64,000 bases of DNA from Escherichia phage C6. The DNA is taken from sequence record MW679410.1; one strand, written 5' to 3'. Made by a program: the position numbers and the translations under genes. Positions 61,145 through 64,000 of this stretch are shown here, piece by piece (position 1 is the stretch's first letter; every line of letters starts with the position of its first letter). Under the pieces are notes generated by a model. That model was not told the origin of the DNA. It saw only the letters and a program-made list of their open reading frames with translations, and did not search any database.

Positions 61145-61357
61145 TTATTCAGCGTCAACAGAAATAGCCATCAGTTCATCAACAGTAAGACACTGTACAC
61201 TAGGTCCTACACAAAAACGCTTAGTTGAATCATAAAGGTCTGTAGCATTAACAGGTTGTAATTCGGTCCCAACTTGTAAAGGAGAAATACGAATCAGTTG
61301 TTGACCATTATGTAATACAAAGCTCTCACCAACTGCAACATCTTTAAAAAGTTTCAT
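61145..61357 (-). CDS. hypothetical protein
   Basis: Track ORF 61145..61399; probable start MKLFKDVAV... after GAGGAAA. Confidence 0.4.
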   Translation of the reverse strand: MKLFKDVAVGESFVLHNGQQLIRISPLQVGTELQPVNATDLYDSTKRFCVGPSVQCLTVDELMAISVDAE

Positions 61358-61367
61358 AATATTTTCC

Positions 61368-61478
61368 TCAGAAGTTAAAGAATACACGTACATGGTCAAT
61401 CATAAAAACGATTGGGAAAATGCTCAATACCATTAACAACACAAACATGTTCCAAATTGCTTTAAGTAAGTTTTTCAT
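61368..61478 (-). CDS. 36-aa predicted membrane peptide
   Basis: Hand-called MKNLLKAIWNMFVLLMVLSIFPIVFMIDHVRVFFNF; GGAG SD; early promoter upstream. Confidence 0.3.
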   Translation of the reverse strand: MKNLLKAIWNMFVLLMVLSIFPIVFMIDHVRVFFNF

Positions 61479-61495
61479 AATCATCTCCATTAGTT

Positions 61496-61534
61496 GATAG
61501 GTCTATAATATCATGATTAATGGAGATGTATACT
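61496..61534 (-). promoter_or_regulatory. early-type promoter variant (GTATAC -35)
   Basis: Motif family member with TATTAT -10 and AGACCTATCAAC box. Confidence 0.45.
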
Positions 61535-61623
61535 GATTTATGCCAATTTCCACAACAATAAACTAAAACATACGCAAATCACTGGGATACAGGCCAACCA
61601 AATAAGGCACCACATTTTGCTAC

Positions 61624-61890
61624 TCAAAACACCACCTCTTTTATCTCAATCAATCCCCTGTACAATGCAGTGCGGAGGTCATAAAGAATATCTATGCCAT
61701 CAACATTATCTAGTTTACCGTCGATAAGTTTTTGTAAATCTTCCTTTGATGCGATTAAGGGACGGAGAAATTTACATTCAGAAAGAGATAACTCTGTAGT
61801 AACATCATCACCTTCACCTGACGCGTCATACATAGCGGCAACAACCATACCTGTAACTTTGTGTTTAGCGTAATATAATTTGATATCCAT
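61624..61890 (-). CDS. hypothetical protein
   Basis: Track ORF 61624..61950; start MDIKLYYAKH... after GAGGAG. Confidence 0.45.
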   Translation of the reverse strand: MDIKLYYAKHKVTGMVVAAMYDASGEGDDVTTELSLSECKFLRPLIASKEDLQKLIDGKLDNVDGIDILYDLRTALYRGLIEIKEVVF

Positions 61891-61911
61891 TTTGTTCTCC
61901 TCATTAGTTGA

Positions 61912-61950
61912 TAGGAAGATAGTAACGCCATCCATGGTATATGTAAACAC
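61912..61950 (-). promoter_or_regulatory. early-type promoter (GTTTAC-N18-TACTAT)
   Basis: Motif family member upstream of ORF 61624..61890. Confidence 0.45.
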
Positions 61951-61960
61951 TTGTTTTAAA

Positions 61961-62518
61961 TTATAAGGCGAGATACCAGCCGTTGTAATTGCTCTTACGG
62001 ACTAGCTTTTTGATGGCTTCTCTGTCACCAGAGAACTTAGGAGTGAACAGGACATCGCCTGCCTCATTTACTGAAGTGTCGAATATGATTATACAGTCTG
62101 CAACTTTATGATTCAAGAGCGGACCCAGGTTAATCCCTGTTCCATAAGGGAAGTCACCAGAGTATCCTGTAGTACAGGAAATCCACTTAGAATCTGATTG
62201 ATGGGTCTTGACCTCTACACGTAGTCCACAATACATGGGATGAGCTAAAACATCCCATGCATAGGTATAAGGGTCGTCATGGTCTTCCAGACCACTGTTA
62301 ACGTATCCTTTCAACCAATCAGCAACCATGTACTCGGCATACGTTGCAATGACACACCGAGTCAATACTTCTTTCTTATCTTGGGACGGGTCTTGGCTTA
62401 AGGAATACAATACGGTATCCTTAATCTTGACCTTCATTTCACCTGTTAAATCAGATGTCTTCAGGGTAAATGTCGGCATCGCTGCCAATCGGAGTAGTCC
62501 CGGGTTCGTCTTCACCAT
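61961..62518 (-). CDS. denB: endonuclease IV (DenB)-like protein
   Basis: Track ORF 61961..62542; internal ATG after GAGG gives 185 aa (size of T4 DenB as recalled); position between ndd and rIIB. Confidence 0.6.
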   Translation of the reverse strand: MVKTNPGLLRLAAMPTFTLKTSDLTGEMKVKIKDTVLYSLSQDPSQDKKEVLTRCVIATYAEYMVADWLKGYVNSGLEDHDDPYTYAWDVLAHPMYCGLRVEVKTHQSDSKWISCTTGYSGDFPYGTGINLGPLLNHKVADCIIIFDTSVNEAGDVLFTPKFSGDREAIKKLVRKSNYNGWYLAL

Positions 62519-62759
62519 AAATGCCTCGAATATGAAGTTCACCGTAATAAATTCGGTCGTCGGGTTCTAAAGTATCAGAATCAATTAAAGGAAATTCACC
62601 TTCGACCACCTCATCGCATTCTAAAAAAGCGTAATGAACATCACCAGGATGTTTAACGAGCTTAGCACAATAAACAGTACCTGCTTTATGGAACCCACGC
62701 AAATTAGAAATCTTGATATCACGTTCACCGACATTCAGGTAATTAATCATTTTACTCAC
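62451..62759 (-). CDS. hypothetical protein
   Basis: 102-aa track ORF overlapping denB 5' end. Confidence 0.45.
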   Translation of the reverse strand: MSKMINYLNVGERDIKISNLRGFHKAGTVYCAKLVKHPGDVHYAFLECDEVVEGEFPLIDSDTLEPDDRIYYGELHIRGIYGEDEPGTTPIGSDADIYPEDI

Positions 62760-62949
62760 CGAAATAAGAAATACGAACCTCTAAACAATGAGCGTATGCA
62801 CCCATCGCGTCTAGTTGGGCAATCAGTAACCCTTGTTGACGGATATCAAGAGTTTCAAAAACACCGCCTTTAATAAACTCTTCGAGAGCATTAATTTTAA
62901 GAACTAACTGGTCGTATTCTTCAATTACACGTGCTTGGTAACCTAACAT
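62752..62949 (-). CDS. hypothetical protein
   Basis: 65-aa track ORF; GAGGAAA SD directly after a UUCG hairpin. Confidence 0.45.
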   Translation of the reverse strand: MLGYQARVIEEYDQLVLKINALEEFIKGGVFETLDIRQQGLLIAQLDAMGAYAHCLEVRISYFGE

Positions 62950-62961
62950 AATTTCCTCTTA

Positions 62962-62977
62962 GGAGGCCGAAGCCTCC
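62962..62977 (-). terminator. intercistronic UUCG hairpin ggaggcCGAAgcctcc (second identical copy)
   Basis: Identical to 25167..25182; lies between the rIIB stop and the next SD. Confidence 0.5.
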
Positions 62978-62986
62978 ATTTAGTTT

Positions 62987-64000
62987 TTAACGTAAATCTG
63001 ATTTAAACTGATCGGTAACGTCTTCCAGAACTTCATAATAACATACGCGCATTTTAGCATCACCATAATCAACAGGAATACTAACAACATCACGTGGGTT
63101 AACTTTACATGAAACTACACGGTTGTTTGAATTACCGAATGCACCGATATAGCTACGAGAGCAAACGTGCAGACCACTTGAACAAGTTACTTCATCATCG
63201 TCATTTACACGAGAACGTGGCATTTTAACCGGTTTGCCCGGTGAGTTATCAAACGTACCGGTACGGCAGTCGGTGTAATCAGAGTTAACTACCTTCCACG
63301 TAATAAAGTGACCATCTTCGGTGATTTTGATATCGTTTGCAACCAGGAAGTCGAACAAACGTTGTACAGCTTTTTCACTTGGGTTTTCTAACAGGTTTTC
63401 AAGGAAAGGCAGGTAGAATTCGAAGTCTTCACCATTTTCCATTGAAGCAATAATACGATTGATAAGGCCTGAACGAAGTTCGATACCTTGATACATCAAG
63501 CGTCCACCTTCAATACGAACGTTGCCTTTAACAAATGCCTTAACAGCTTCTTTAATGGAAATCAGTTTAATCGCATCGTCAAAACGGGATTCTTTAAGAG
63601 CCTGTACGATGGCATCAAAATGTTTATTCTTATTGGTAGTGTTCCATACTGTACGGCCTTCGGTGATGGATACGAATTTAGAACTAGCATTCCAAATAAT
63701 TTCAGGACGAGAACCACCGATAGTAATATCAACAGGAACTACACGAGGCTCGTTAGGAACCGTTACTTTGATATTTCCGGTAATAACCACTTCTGTCGGG
63801 GCATTAAGAGGTACAGTAGGTGCTTTTTTAAGAGATTCGGCTAATTCTTTAGCCACTTGAGAACGTTTAGCTTCTTCAGCATTTTTCAGGACTTTACGAA
63901 TGGTATCAACCGAAACACTATACCAGTCAGCTAGTTCTTGCTGGGTATAATTACCGGATTTATAGAGGGAAACTACTTTCTCTTGTTCAGATTTAGCCAG
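62987..64000 (-). CDS. rIIB: rIIB protein, partial (5' end beyond window)
   Basis: Reading frame stays open to the window edge; ...YKSGNYTQQELADWYSVSVDTIRKVLKNAEEAKR... and C-terminal region match T4 rIIB. Confidence 0.9.
   Translation of the reverse strand: MAKSEQEKVVSLYKSGNYTQQELADWYSVSVDTIRKVLKNAEEAKRSQVAKELAESLKKAPTVPLNAPTEVVITGNIKVTVPNEPRVVPVDITIGGSRPEIIWNASSKFVSITEGRTVWNTTNKNKHFDAIVQALKESRFDDAIKLISIKEAVKAFVKGNVRIEGGRLMYQGIELRSGLINRIIASMENGEDFEFYLPFLENLLENPSEKAVQRLFDFLVANDIKITEDGHFITWKVVNSDYTDCRTGTFDNSPGKPVKMPRSRVNDDDEVTCSSGLHVCSRSYIGAFGNSNNRVVSCKVNPRDVVSIPVDYGDAKMRVCYYEVLEDVTDQFKSDLR

Overview
This window is a contiguous segment of a T4-like (Tevenvirinae-type) coliphage genome, collinear with the T4 map from the 3' end of gene 23 (major capsid protein) to the 5' part of rIIB. 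Calls rest on reading the six-frame translations against remembered T4 protein sequences and on gene order; no database search was run. Layout: (i) 1-14.7 kb, late structural and recombination genes (23, 24, rnlB, hoc, inh, uvsW, uvsY, baseplate genes 25-26-51-27-28-29-48-54); (ii) 14.7-45.2 kb, a roughly 30 kb block read entirely on the minus strand, holding three tandem Alt-like ADP-ribosyltransferase paralogs, DNA ligase, a hypervariable set of small ORFs, rIII, 31, cd, pseT, spanins, rnlA, denA, nrdB/nrdA, td, frd, 32, 59, 33, dsbA, rnh; (iii) 45.3-55.5 kb, the long-tail-fibre operon 34-35-36-37-38 plus holin t on the plus strand; (iv) 55.5-64 kb, early genes on the minus strand (asiA, motA, 52, stp, ndd, denB, rIIB). 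No rRNA, tRNA, CRISPR array, integrase or transposase was recognised. The most unusual content is the triplicated alt locus, a NADAR/YbiA-like ORF beside a HAD-like ORF just upstream of DNA ligase, an antisense early gene between capsid genes 23 and 24, a duplicated promoter/5'UTR cassette, and several unannotated micro-ORFs (including stp) with overlapping start/stop codons. Features not in the ORF track (promoters, hairpins, ORFs under 60 aa) were placed by hand and their coordinates are approximate (a few nt).
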